Positions 10,000 to 19,399 of a DNA stretch of 64,000 bases are shown one piece after another. The notes under the pieces were generated by a model. The model was not told where the DNA came from. It was given only the letters and a program-made list of their open reading frames with translations, and made no database searches. Made by a program: the position numbers and the translations under genes. Location of the stretch: assembly GCA_963788655.1 (NCBI GenBank), contig CAWBHS010000076.1, forward strand, positions 128,001-192,000, in the 5' to 3' direction. The DNA is from an uncultured Verrucomicrobiae bacterium. Lineage in GTDB: Bacteria; Verrucomicrobiota; Verrucomicrobiia; Limisphaerales; JAFGQR01. Position 1 is the stretch's first letter, and each line of letters starts with the position of its first letter.

Positions 10000-10377
10000 A
10001 TGAACACGGAAGATCGATTACTGCAACTCTACGACCAGTGGCGTGTCTTCACCGAATCGGAGCGCGAGGCCATTCACGCCTCCGACTGGGTTAAAGTAAC
10101 CGCCGCGCAGGCGGAAAAGCAGCGGCTTCAGGAGGAGATTATGCTGGCGGGCGAAGCCGCGGCCGATCCGGCCAGAATGCGGCCGCCTACCCCACGGTTG
10201 CAGGCCGTCGGCGAACATCTGATTTTACTCGAACGCGAAAACGCCGCGGCGCTGGCGGACAAGCGCCGGGCGATGGAACTAGAACAACATGGGCTGGACC
10301 AAACCAGCCGCAACTTGCAGCAAGTTCACCGGGCGTATGCCCAAGGACGGGAACCCGCATGGCAATCATATTCCTGA
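10000..10377 (+). CDS. Small helical protein, FliT/FlgN-like chaperone candidate
   Basis: Coiled-coil character, position after fliS, AY motif near the C-terminus. Confidence 0.55.
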   Translation: MNTEDRLLQLYDQWRVFTESEREAIHASDWVKVTAAQAEKQRLQEEIMLAGEAAADPARMRPPTPRLQAVGEHLILLERENAAALADKRRAMELEQHGLDQTSRNLQQVHRAYAQGREPAWQSYS

Positions 10378-10423
10378 CCAGTCCAACGGGCCTCGCCGCG
10401 CGTGCCACTTGCTGCGCTGGACG

Positions 10424-11725
10424 ATGAATGCCCCACCAACGCAGGATAGACCTGCTGAACCAAGCAATGGTTGCGCCCGCATCCTGGTGCTGGATGACGA
10501 AGAAGTCATCACCCTGGCCTTGCGGGAAACCCTGATCCGGGAAGGCTACGAAGTCGTGGCCGAGACCGATCCGCTCCGCGCTCTCCAGCGGGTGCGTGAC
10601 ACGCCCTTTGCCCTGTTCCTGACCGACCAGCGCATGCCCGCGCTCAGCGGCTTGGAATTCTTCATCCAGGCCCGGGAGATCCAGCCGGACGCCACCCGCA
10701 TCCTCATGACCGGGGTGGTGAACCTCGACACCATCATCGAAGCGATCAACCAGGGGGAGATTTATCGGTTTATTGTCAAGCCCTGGTTGCGCGAGGAATT
10801 GCTGGTCACCATCAAGAACGGCATGCAGCGTTACCAGTTGATCCGGCGCAACCACGAGTTGCAACGGACCACGCTGGGCATGAACGAGGAGTTGGGCCGG
10901 TTGAATGCCTCGCTCGAGCAGCAGGTGGCCCGGGAAGCCGCCCAAAACCATAAACTCGCCGAACTCAACCAGGTGCTCGAACAGAACTTGCAACGGTCCG
11001 TCGAGCTTTGTTTGAAGACGATGGAAACGTTCCATCCCGGCCTGGGCACGCAAGCCCGGCGAGTACACGAATTGTGCCGTTTGATGGCGGACGACCTGCG
11101 GATGTCGCCCGATGAACGCGAGGTGTTCGAATTCGGCGCCTGGCTGCACGACATCGGTTTGATGAGCGTGCCGCGGCGGCTGATCAAGCTCTGGCAGCGC
11201 ACCCCCGAGAGCCTCAACCGGTCGGAACTCCAACAGATTCAACAGCACCCGGTGCTGGGACAGGAACTGGTCTGTTTCATGCACCATTTGTCGAACGTCG
11301 GCATCATCATCCGCGCCCACCACGAGCGGTTCGACGGCACCGGTTTTCCCGACCAATTGACCGGCGAGGAAATCCCCTGGCTGGCGCGACTGTTGGCGGT
11401 GGTGTGCGACTACGTCGAGAGTCATCGCCCCGAAGTCGAAGCGCGCGAACGCATCCAGAATGGCAGCGGCAACTGGTACGATCCCGAAGCCGTGCGGGCG
11501 CTGCTGCGCGTCGTCCGGCGTGCCCCCAGCTCATCTCGCGAGCGCGAAGTGCTCATGGCCGAGCTGAGTCCGGGCATGGTGACGGCCAACGGGATCTACA
11601 CCGCAAACGGCTTGCTGCTGATTCCGTCCGGCCAAACCCTCAGCGAGCCGTTGCTGGACAAACTCCGCAACCACAACCGGGTCAATCCCATTCGCCAGAC
11701 GTTGCTGGTGTACCTGTTAACCTGA
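10424..11725 (+). CDS. REC + HD-GYP response regulator (putative c-di-GMP phosphodiesterase)
   Basis: VLDDE..TDQRMP..KPW receiver, coiled coil, LHDIG, HHERFDGTGFPDQLTGEEIP. Confidence 0.88.
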   Translation: MNAPPTQDRPAEPSNGCARILVLDDEEVITLALRETLIREGYEVVAETDPLRALQRVRDTPFALFLTDQRMPALSGLEFFIQAREIQPDATRILMTGVVNLDTIIEAINQGEIYRFIVKPWLREELLVTIKNGMQRYQLIRRNHELQRTTLGMNEELGRLNASLEQQVAREAAQNHKLAELNQVLEQNLQRSVELCLKTMETFHPGLGTQARRVHELCRLMADDLRMSPDEREVFEFGAWLHDIGLMSVPRRLIKLWQRTPESLNRSELQQIQQHPVLGQELVCFMHHLSNVGIIIRAHHERFDGTGFPDQLTGEEIPWLARLLAVVCDYVESHRPEVEARERIQNGSGNWYDPEAVRALLRVVRRAPSSSREREVLMAELSPGMVTANGIYTANGLLLIPSGQTLSEPLLDKLRNHNRVNPIRQTLLVYLLT

Positions 11726-11749
11726 ACGGCGCCGGTTTTGCGCCGATTT
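11723..11749 (+). promoter_or_regulatory. Candidate promoter (sigma28-like, overlapping a sigma54-like motif)
   Basis: TGAA-N15-GCCGATTT; the spacer contains GG-N10-GC (CGGCGCCGGTTTTGC). Confidence 0.35.
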
Positions 11750-11798
11750 ACCTAGTGGCGGCTGACGGCATCGCGCCCGGCCGGCAATTGAAGCTATT

Positions 11799-12335
11799 TT
11801 GAAGTCAATACGCGCATACCTCTACGGAACTGCCGTGGCAATCCTGGGTTTCCAGGCCATCTGCCTGGCGGCCTATCTGCCGGTCACCGGACCGGGCCCC
11901 TTGCGATTTCGACCGGCGAAACCGCGCGTAGCCACCGTGCCGGTTAAAGCGCCCGCCGTCGGCAACGACACCGGCGAAAAAGCGGAAACGGCGACCACGA
12001 CGGCCACGGCGTTGACCAACACCAACACCCCGGCAGTCGTGACGATTTCCACCAATCAGGTGGCAATGGAGGCGATCACCAATACCGTCCGTTCTCCGTC
12101 GCTGACCGAAGAAATGGCCTTTCTCAACAGTCTAACCAATCTGGACCAGTCCGCGGCAAACGGTGGGCCCGAAACTGGGAGCCTCACGCCCCAAATGATG
12201 CTGCATTTTTTCCAGAAAGACCGCGAGGGTAGGCGCCCCTCATCGGTTATTGCCGTCCCCTTCAGTTTCATACCGCCGGTGCCGTTTGCGCCGCCTGAAT
12301 CCAAAGCCACCTTCACGACGCCGGACGCGAACTGA
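11799..12335 (+). CDS. Hypothetical exported Thr/Pro-rich protein
   Basis: Signal-peptide-like N-terminus, YLPVTGPGPLRF, low-complexity linker, FIPP..SKATF tail. Confidence 0.65.
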   Translation: MKSIRAYLYGTAVAILGFQAICLAAYLPVTGPGPLRFRPAKPRVATVPVKAPAVGNDTGEKAETATTTATALTNTNTPAVVTISTNQVAMEAITNTVRSPSLTEEMAFLNSLTNLDQSAANGGPETGSLTPQMMLHFFQKDREGRRPSSVIAVPFSFIPPVPFAPPESKATFTTPDAN

Positions 12336-12343
12336 AGCCCGCC

Positions 12344-13753
12344 ATGCTGCCCTCCGCCCATACGCCCGGACCTGCCCAATGCTTCCGTACGGCCCTGCTG
12401 CTGGCGGTTCTCGGACTGGGCCTTGGGGCCGCGTACGGGAACCGCCGCCCGGCGCCACCGCCCAAACCTGCGCCCGCGCCGACCCTCGAGAATCTGACGC
12501 ATGGGTGGTTGCCCGAGGCGAAAACGAACGTTGCGGCGAACGACCAGATGCTGTTGCCACCGCCAAATTCCGAAGAAATCAATCCGTCGTTGGTTGAGAA
12601 TTATCATCTCATCGCCAGTTCCAACCTGCTCACGACCACGCACCCGAACGCCTCAACGAACACACCGCCCACTTATGTCCTGTTGCTCAATCTGGCGCGA
12701 CAGCAACGGGCGCAAAAGAATTATTCATTTGCCATCCGGCACTACGCGTCGATTCTGGAAAGCGGCGCCCCGGAAGATTATCAACGCACCGCCATGGTGG
12801 AAATGGCCCTGGCCAACCAGGAGGCCAATCAACCCGTCAAAGCACTCCAGGTATTTGCCCAATACCTCCAGCACTGGCCGCAAGATCCTGCCGCCCCGGA
12901 AATCATGCTGCGCCAGGGACTGTTATACCGGCAGATCGGCGCGTCCACGATGGCGCTGGCGAAATTCTACTCGGTCATGACCAGCGCCCTGACCCTGAAA
13001 AACGGGAGTCTTGCTTATTACAAACGCCTGGTGCTGCACGCCCAGGCAGAAATCTCGGACACCTATTATCTGGAAGGCAAGTTCGACGAGGCGGTCGAGT
13101 ACCTGAATCGCCTGCTCAAACAAGACGCCGCGCACCTCAACCGGCCCATCATTCAATACAAACTCATTCGCAGCCTGGCCATGTCGGATCGGCACAACGA
13201 AACCATTGCCCAGGCCCGCGAATTTCTCGATCGCAATCCCCAGGCGCCCGAAGCCGCCGAGGTTCGGTTCCTATTGGCCAAAACGCTCAAGCAGAACCGG
13301 CAGAATGACGAGGCGTTGCGCCAGGTGATGTTGCTGCTCAAGTCGCAGCAGGCCACCCGCACCGCCAATCCGACCAACTGGGTGTATTGGCAACTGCGCG
13401 CCGGCAACGAGATTGGCAACCGTCTGTATCTCGAAGGCGATTACCTCTCCGCCTTGCAGATCTATGCGACCCTGGCCGAATTGAATCCTTCGCCCGCCTG
13501 GCAACTGCCCGTGTTATACCAGGTCGGCCTGGTTTACGAACGCCTGGAACAGCCGGAGAAGGCGGCGGAAACGTATCGGCGCATCCTGGCCCGTGAAAAA
13601 GAACTGGCACCCGAGGCCGCCCCAGGCTTAAAAACCGTCATGGATATGGCGAAATGGCGGAACAACTTTCTGAGCTGGCAGGTGCAGGCCGAGCGGTCGA
13701 GTCAAACCAATTACCAGGCCAATGCGTTTTCGCCCGCCCCGGCGACTCCATGA
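12344..13753 (+). CDS. Exported tetratricopeptide-repeat protein
   Basis: N-terminal hydrophobic segment; repeated TPR-like helices (e.g. VLYQVGLVYERLEQPEKAAETYRRIL). Confidence 0.8.
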   Translation: MLPSAHTPGPAQCFRTALLLAVLGLGLGAAYGNRRPAPPPKPAPAPTLENLTHGWLPEAKTNVAANDQMLLPPPNSEEINPSLVENYHLIASSNLLTTTHPNASTNTPPTYVLLLNLARQQRAQKNYSFAIRHYASILESGAPEDYQRTAMVEMALANQEANQPVKALQVFAQYLQHWPQDPAAPEIMLRQGLLYRQIGASTMALAKFYSVMTSALTLKNGSLAYYKRLVLHAQAEISDTYYLEGKFDEAVEYLNRLLKQDAAHLNRPIIQYKLIRSLAMSDRHNETIAQAREFLDRNPQAPEAAEVRFLLAKTLKQNRQNDEALRQVMLLLKSQQATRTANPTNWVYWQLRAGNEIGNRLYLEGDYLSALQIYATLAELNPSPAWQLPVLYQVGLVYERLEQPEKAAETYRRILAREKELAPEAAPGLKTVMDMAKWRNNFLSWQVQAERSSQTNYQANAFSPAPATP

Positions 13754-14181
13754 GGGATCCAGTGACCATCGCCGCGGACCTGCGCGGACACCTGGCGCTG
13801 TGTGAGGAACTGCTGCTCCTCGTGGAACGTGAAAACCAGTTGTTGCGCGCGACCGGCGATTTCCCCGCGGGCGAGTTTTACCAGCGCCGCAAACGATTGC
13901 TGCCTCTCCTCGACGCCTCGGTGCAGAAAGTCAAAGCTCACCGCGTCGAATGGCAACGGGCGCCGGTGGCGGAGCGCCGGCAATCCTCGGAAGCGGCTTC
14001 GCTCATCCGGCTGATCCAGGATCTGATCATGAAAATCCTGATGCTGGATCGCGAGAACGAACAAATCCTCCTGCGCCGAGGCCTGTTGTCGGCCACCCGC
14101 CTGCCGCCACCAGCCCGCCAGCGGCCGCACTTTGTGGCGGACCTCTATCGGCGGCACAGCCAGGTTTCAACTTTGGAATGA
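13750..14181 (+). CDS. Hypothetical helical protein (FlgN-like candidate)
   Basis: LCEELLLLVERENQLL, ILMLDRENEQILL; ATGA coupled to the TPR gene. Confidence 0.6.
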   Translation: MRDPVTIAADLRGHLALCEELLLLVERENQLLRATGDFPAGEFYQRRKRLLPLLDASVQKVKAHRVEWQRAPVAERRQSSEAASLIRLIQDLIMKILMLDRENEQILLRRGLLSATRLPPPARQRPHFVADLYRRHSQVSTLE

Positions 14182-14185
14182 TCCC

Positions 14186-15595
14186 ATGAGCATCGGCAAA
14201 ATTCTCATTCTCGAAAACGAAGAGGTCGTGGCCCAGCAACTTCTCGAACCGTTGCGCGAACGCGGCGAGGAAGTCCGCGTGGTCGCCACCGTCGCCGCCG
14301 CGCGAGCAAGCCTGGCCCAGGCTGAAGTGGACTTGGTGATCAGCGAAGCGACGCTCCCCGACGGCTCCGCAGCCGACCTGCTCGGGCTGCCGCAAACCAC
14401 ACCCGCTCCGCCTCCATTGGTGGTCATTTCCGAATTCGGTTCCGTGGAGTCCGCCGTCGAATGTCTGCGCCAGGGCGCGCTGGCTTATTTGCTCAAACCG
14501 TTCTCCGGAACGCAGGTGGAAGTGGTGCTTCAAAAAGTCGAAGAGCACTTGCGCCTGGTCCAGTTGAGCCGCCTGTTGAGCCGCGAGTCCGAGGCCGACG
14601 GCGGCTGGGAATTGCTCGGGGAGAGTTCCGCCATGCAGGTGTTGCGGCAGACCATCCGCCAGGTGGCCCGGACCGATGCCACGGTGTTGATCACGGGCGA
14701 AAGCGGTACCGGCAAGGAACGGGTCGCCCGGGCGATCTACCAGCAGAGCCCGCGCGCGCCTGCGCCGCTGCTCAAGGTGGATTGCGCGGGATTGCCGGAG
14801 GCGCAACTCGCCGTGGAAATGTTCGGCCAGGAAAAGGGCGCCGGCACGCCGGGTGGCGGGTCGCGTCCCGGACGTTTCGAATTGGCCGAGCACGGCACCG
14901 TTTTGCTCGACGAGATCAGCGAGTTGATGCCGGACATCCAGGGCGGACTGCTGCGCGTGCTCCAGGACCGCACCGTGCAACGGCTCGGCGGCAGCCGGTT
15001 GCGGCCAGTGGACGTACGGGTGCTGGCCACGACCAGCCGGCCTTTGGAAGATTTCGTCCAACGCAAGCAATTTCGCGAAGACCTTTACTTGCGGCTGAAC
15101 ATCGTGCCGGTGGCCATTCCCCCGTTGCGCGAGCGCAAGTCGGACATTCCACTGCTCGCCGAACATTTTCGCCAGCGCTTCATCCGCAAACATGGATCGT
15201 CCGCGCTCGCGATTTCGCCCGAATGCCTGGCCGCCCTCCAGCGGCATTCCTGGCCCGGCAACGTGCGCGAACTCAAGAATGTCATCGAACGGGCCGTCAT
15301 GGCCTGCGTGGCCGGCAATGTTCTCGAACCGGTTCACCTCGACTCGCTGGTCGGCCGCGCCAGCACCGCCGCAACCCCGGTCGCGCCAGCACCGGTTGTG
15401 GAAGTGCCGGATGATCTGGGCGAAGTGGAAAAGCGACACATCCTTGCCATCGTCCAGAAATACGGGGGCAACCGCACTCATGCCGCCCGACAATTGGGCA
15501 TCAGCATCCGTACGCTGCGGAATAAATTGAAAGAATACCGTACCGCGGACGCCACCGCGGACGCCCAGCCGAACGCAGCCGAATCCGAAGCTTGA
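14186..15595 (+). CDS. NtrC-family regulator (REC-AAA+-Fis HTH) with degenerate motifs
   Basis: GESGTGKE, LLDEISE, FREDLYLRLN, WPGNVRELKN, HTH GNRTHAARQLGISIRTLRNKL. Confidence 0.9.
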   Translation: MSIGKILILENEEVVAQQLLEPLRERGEEVRVVATVAAARASLAQAEVDLVISEATLPDGSAADLLGLPQTTPAPPPLVVISEFGSVESAVECLRQGALAYLLKPFSGTQVEVVLQKVEEHLRLVQLSRLLSRESEADGGWELLGESSAMQVLRQTIRQVARTDATVLITGESGTGKERVARAIYQQSPRAPAPLLKVDCAGLPEAQLAVEMFGQEKGAGTPGGGSRPGRFELAEHGTVLLDEISELMPDIQGGLLRVLQDRTVQRLGGSRLRPVDVRVLATTSRPLEDFVQRKQFREDLYLRLNIVPVAIPPLRERKSDIPLLAEHFRQRFIRKHGSSALAISPECLAALQRHSWPGNVRELKNVIERAVMACVAGNVLEPVHLDSLVGRASTAATPVAPAPVVEVPDDLGEVEKRHILAIVQKYGGNRTHAARQLGISIRTLRNKLKEYRTADATADAQPNAAESEA

Positions 15596-15641
15596 TCCGG
15601 CGATACCGAACGGGTGGGCGGTATTGCCCACCGCACCGGAT
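15594..15641 (+). terminator. Stem-loop after the NtrC-like gene
   Basis: GATCCGG..GGTGGGC-GGTATT-GCCCACC..CCGGATC; no U-tract. Confidence 0.35.
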
Positions 15642-15775
15642 CGCGGATGGCTTCATCCGCACGAATGCCCCCCGGCGCGGATGCCAGCGGAGCTTGAACA
15701 ATTCAGCAGGAAGTCCAGTTCATCGAAACTTTGGCAGACAGAAATCAGAAGCACCGTGCGGATATCTTTATCGGT

Positions 15776-15802
15776 TAAAGTCCGGAAGCGAGGCGACGAT
15801 GA
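15776..15802 (+). promoter_or_regulatory. Putative sigma28 promoter of cheR-cheD-HDOD-cheB
   Basis: TAAA-N15-GACGATGA, about 10 nt before the cheR ATG. Confidence 0.55.
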
Positions 15803-15811
15803 ACCTGGTGT

Positions 15812-16636
15812 ATGCCTTTGGCCGTGCAGGATGCAGAAGCTTACCGCTTGATCAGCGCTTTGGTTTATGAGCGTTGTCGGATCCGTTTGGATGACAGCAA
15901 ACGTCAACTCATCAGCACCCGTTTGGGTAAGCGCTTGCGGCAATTGGGCTTGAGCAATCTGTCCGACTACTGCCGAGAACGGCTGCGTGGACCCGAGCGG
16001 GAAGATGAGATTACGCATGTCATCAACGCGCTCAGCACTAATTTCACCCATTTCATGCGCGAGCCGGACCATTTCGACGTGCTGGTCCATCAGGCGTTGC
16101 CGGCGCTGCTAGGGTCCACTCCCCGCCCCTTCCAAGTTTGGAGCGCCGCCTGCGCCACCGGCGAAGAACCCTACACGATCAGTTTCTTTTTGGAGGAAGC
16201 CTATCCATTGGCGGCAGGCTGGGACTGGCAGGTGCTGGCCACGGATGTTTCGACCAAGGCGCTGGACAAAGCCATTCCCGGCATTTACCCGGAAGAGCGG
16301 CTGCGGGGACTGCCGGCCGGTTGGGCGCGCAAGTATTTTCAACGAGGAGTGGGTAATTACGCCGGCCAATACCGAGTCAAACCGTACCTGCGCCAGCGCA
16401 TCCGTTTTCAGCAACTTAATTTGTTGGGGGATTACGGCTTTCGTGATTCGTTCGCGGTGGTCTTTTGCCGAAACGTAATGATCTACTTCGACCGGCCCAC
16501 CCAGGAACAACTCGTCAACCAACTTGGCCAAATGATTGCTTCGCAGGGTTTCCTGCTGATTGGCCATGCCGAAAGCTTGAATGGCTTGAACGTGCCATTC
16601 CGGTGTCTGCGGCCCAGCATTTATCGGAAAACCTAG
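15812..16636 (+). CDS. cheR: Chemotaxis methyltransferase CheR
   Basis: STNFTHFMREPDHF, WSAACATGEEPYT, FCRNVMIYFD. Confidence 0.95.
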   Translation: MPLAVQDAEAYRLISALVYERCRIRLDDSKRQLISTRLGKRLRQLGLSNLSDYCRERLRGPEREDEITHVINALSTNFTHFMREPDHFDVLVHQALPALLGSTPRPFQVWSAACATGEEPYTISFFLEEAYPLAAGWDWQVLATDVSTKALDKAIPGIYPEERLRGLPAGWARKYFQRGVGNYAGQYRVKPYLRQRIRFQQLNLLGDYGFRDSFAVVFCRNVMIYFDRPTQEQLVNQLGQMIASQGFLLIGHAESLNGLNVPFRCLRPSIYRKT

Positions 16637-16643
16637 TTTTTGA

Positions 16644-17166
16644 ATGCCGTCGCCGTCGCTCACCGGATTTGCCCAACAGGTCGTCGTGGGGATCGCGGAT
16701 CTTGGCGGTGTCGAATAATCCGAATGTCGTGCTGACCACCTATTCGCTGGGCTCGTGCCTCGGGGTGACCATCTACGATCCGGTAAGCTGCGTGGGCGGT
16801 CTGGTCCACGTCATGTTGCCGGATTCCGGACTCGACGCCACCAAGGCCGCGGCTCAGCCGGCCATGTTTATTGACTCAGGCGTGGCGGCCTTGTTCCGCG
16901 CCGCTTACGGTCTGCGGGCGGAAAAACATCGCGTCCAAATCTGCGTGGCCGGCGGCGCGCAAGTGCTGGACCAAACCGGTTACTTCAGCATTGGCAAGCG
17001 GAATTACCAAGCCCTGACACAATTGCTCCAACAGCACGGGCTGGTCATCCGCGCCGAACACGTCGGGGGCTTGGTCAGCCGCTCGATGCACCTGGATTTG
17101 GCGACCGGCAATGTCCGTTTGAAAATCTCCGGCCAACCGCGCGAGGTATTGCTATGGAAGAACTAG
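16644..17166 (+). CDS. cheD: Chemoreceptor glutamine deamidase CheD (one frameshift near 16701)
   Basis: MPSP..VVVGIADL then +1 shift to AVSNNP..TYSLGSCLGV..HVMLP..AGGA..IGKRN..VGG. Confidence 0.88.
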
Positions 17167-18003
17167 ATGCCTTGATTGACCAAGTCGAACACTTGCCCCC
17201 GGCGCCGCGGATTTTGCCGGAACTGCTCACCTTGCTGAATCAACCGGACATTGACAGCAGCCGGGTGGCGCAACTGTTGACCTTCGACCCGGGCCTGACG
17301 GTCAATGTGATCCGCCTCTGCAACAGCGCTTTGCTCGGCGGCGCCCGCCCCGCCGAAGACTTGCAGGAGGCACTTGACGCGGCTGGGCTTTCGCCCAGTG
17401 TACCAATTGGTGGCGGCCATCAGTGGCTCGCGCGCGCTGACGCCGCCGCAACGCGGCTACGGGCTGGAACCGGGCGAATTGTGGCAGCACTCAGTGACGG
17501 CCGCCGTGGCGGCGCAATTGATTGCCCAGGATCGCAATGAGGATGATACCGTGGCCTTTACCGCCGGCTTGCTCCATGACGTGGGGAAGATCGTGCTCTC
17601 GGAATTTCTGGCCGCTAAAACCGCCCAAATTTTTGAAGAAACCGAAACCAACCATCATTCGATGCGCGAAGCCGAAAAGCTGCTGGTGGGGTGGGACCAT
17701 GCCGAAATCGGCGCCCGTTTGTTGGAGCGGTGGCACCTGCCGCCTTCCTTGGTTACGGCCGTTCGCCATCATCACGCGCCGGGCGAAGCCGGCGACTACA
17801 CCCGGTTGGCGTCGGTGGTTTACCTGGGCAACCTGGTGGCGCAGTGCCTGGGACGGACCTCCGGTTACCAGTCGTTTGCAATACACGGCCGGGCCGAGGT
17901 GTTCGACATTCTGAAGATCACGCCGGAACAATGGCCGCTCTATCTGGTGCGGTCCTGGGAAAAACAACAAGTGGTCCAGGCACTGCTGGACATCAAAGGG
18001 TAA
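17154..18003 (+). CDS. HDOD domain protein (one frameshift near 17375)
   Basis: HLPPAP..FDPGLTVNVIRLCNSA then LWQHSV..GLLHDVGK..DHAEIGARLLERWHLP..HH. Confidence 0.85.
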
Positions 18004-18005
18004 TC

Positions 18006-19112
18006 ATGAATTCGCAGTCCATCCGCACCTTGATCGTCGATGACTCGGCCCTGGTCCGAAGAATCCTGACCACCAGTCTCGCCCCTTACCGCGACATCGA
18101 AATCGTCGGCACCGCGGCCGATCCTTACGAAGCCCGGGAAAAGATCCTGGCGCTGAATCCTGACGTGCTGACGTTGGACATCGACATGCCCAAGATGGAT
18201 GGGTTGACCTTTCTCAAACTGATCATGAACCACCGGCCGATGCCGGTGATCATCTTTAGTTCACACACGCAAGCAGGTTCGGCCAAGGCGCTGGAAGCCT
18301 TGCAGTACGGAGCCGTCGATGTCCTCGGCAAACCCAGCGGCGCGAATTCAGCTTATTTGGACGGTTCCTTTTTGGCCGAGCGCATTCGCCTGGCTGCCCC
18401 GACCCGTTTCCGCGCTTGGTCCCCTGCTCCTGCGCCCGTCCCAACGACGGTCGTTTCCCCGCGTCCGCCGTCGCCGGGAATGGTCACGGGCCGGGCCTAC
18501 GCGGCCCGCCAGGTTATCCTGATGGGCGCCTCCACGGGGGGGACCGAAGCCTTGAAGGACGTGCTAAGCCGGTTGGGCCCGGACCTGCCGGGCATTTGTG
18601 TGGTCCAACACATTCCGGCCTATTTCTCGGCGGCGTTTGCCAATCGCCTTCACGAACTCTGCGCCCTAACCGTTCGCGAAGCCCGGGCCGGCGATGCGGT
18701 GCAGCCCGGGCAGGTGCTCGTGGCACCGGGCGGTTTTCATCTCGTGCTGAAATGGCGGGCGACCCAATATTTTGTGGAGCTTAGTGAAGCGCCGAAGGTG
18801 CATTACCAGCGTCCGGCGGTGGACGTGCTGTTCGAATCCGCAGTCCGCACCGGGGCTGGCCCGCACTGCCTGGCCGTGTTGTTGACCGGCATGGGTACGG
18901 ATGGCGCGGACGGCATGTTGAGTCTGCGCCGGGCGGGCGCGCCTACCATTGCCCAGGATGAAAAGACCTCCTTGGTTTTTGGAATGCCGCGTGCGGCCAT
19001 TGAACGCGGTGCCGCCCAACAGGTGTTGGGATTGGAGCAAATGGCCCCGGCCATCGAGCGATATGCCAGCGAGGTGGCGTTGAGCCAGGGTCGAAAAAGC
19101 GCCTTTTCGTAA
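18006..19112 (+). CDS. cheB: Chemotaxis methylesterase CheB
   Basis: REC plus [35 protein letters not shown]. Confidence 0.95.
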   Translation: MNSQSIRTLIVDDSALVRRILTTSLAPYRDIEIVGTAADPYEAREKILALNPDVLTLDIDMPKMDGLTFLKLIMNHRPMPVIIFSSHTQAGSAKALEALQYGAVDVLGKPSGANSAYLDGSFLAERIRLAAPTRFRAWSPAPAPVPTTVVSPRPPSPGMVTGRAYAARQVILMGASTGGTEALKDVLSRLGPDLPGICVVQHIPAYFSAAFANRLHELCALTVREARAGDAVQPGQVLVAPGGFHLVLKWRATQYFVELSEAPKVHYQRPAVDVLFESAVRTGAGPHCLAVLLTGMGTDGADGMLSLRRAGAPTIAQDEKTSLVFGMPRAAIERGAAQQVLGLEQMAPAIERYASEVALSQGRKSAFS

Positions 19113-19399
19113 TCCGCGCCTTGGGAACGCGTATGCGTTCGACTGCGCCAAGGGCCGACGGGGAAACACGCGGGTGAAGGCCCATCAGACCGTGGCCGGG
19201 CCTTCTGGCATTCAGGTGGGTGGTTTAGTGCTAGCTGACCGTTCAAATGCTTCCTCACAGTCGCGGCTTCAAACCGAGCCGCGTCCGTGAGGGTGCATCA
19301 CAAACCCATTCCCAATTGGCTCCGCAGTACCGGAATGCAGAAGGTGAGCACGCCCCGCAACGATTCCACCGCGTCATCCTTCACCCGCAACGCCCCAAA

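Noticed and set aside
16690..17385. Programmed ribosomal frameshifting in cheD and HDOD
   Set aside because: No slippery heptamer or stimulatory structure; matches the window-wide indel-error pattern.
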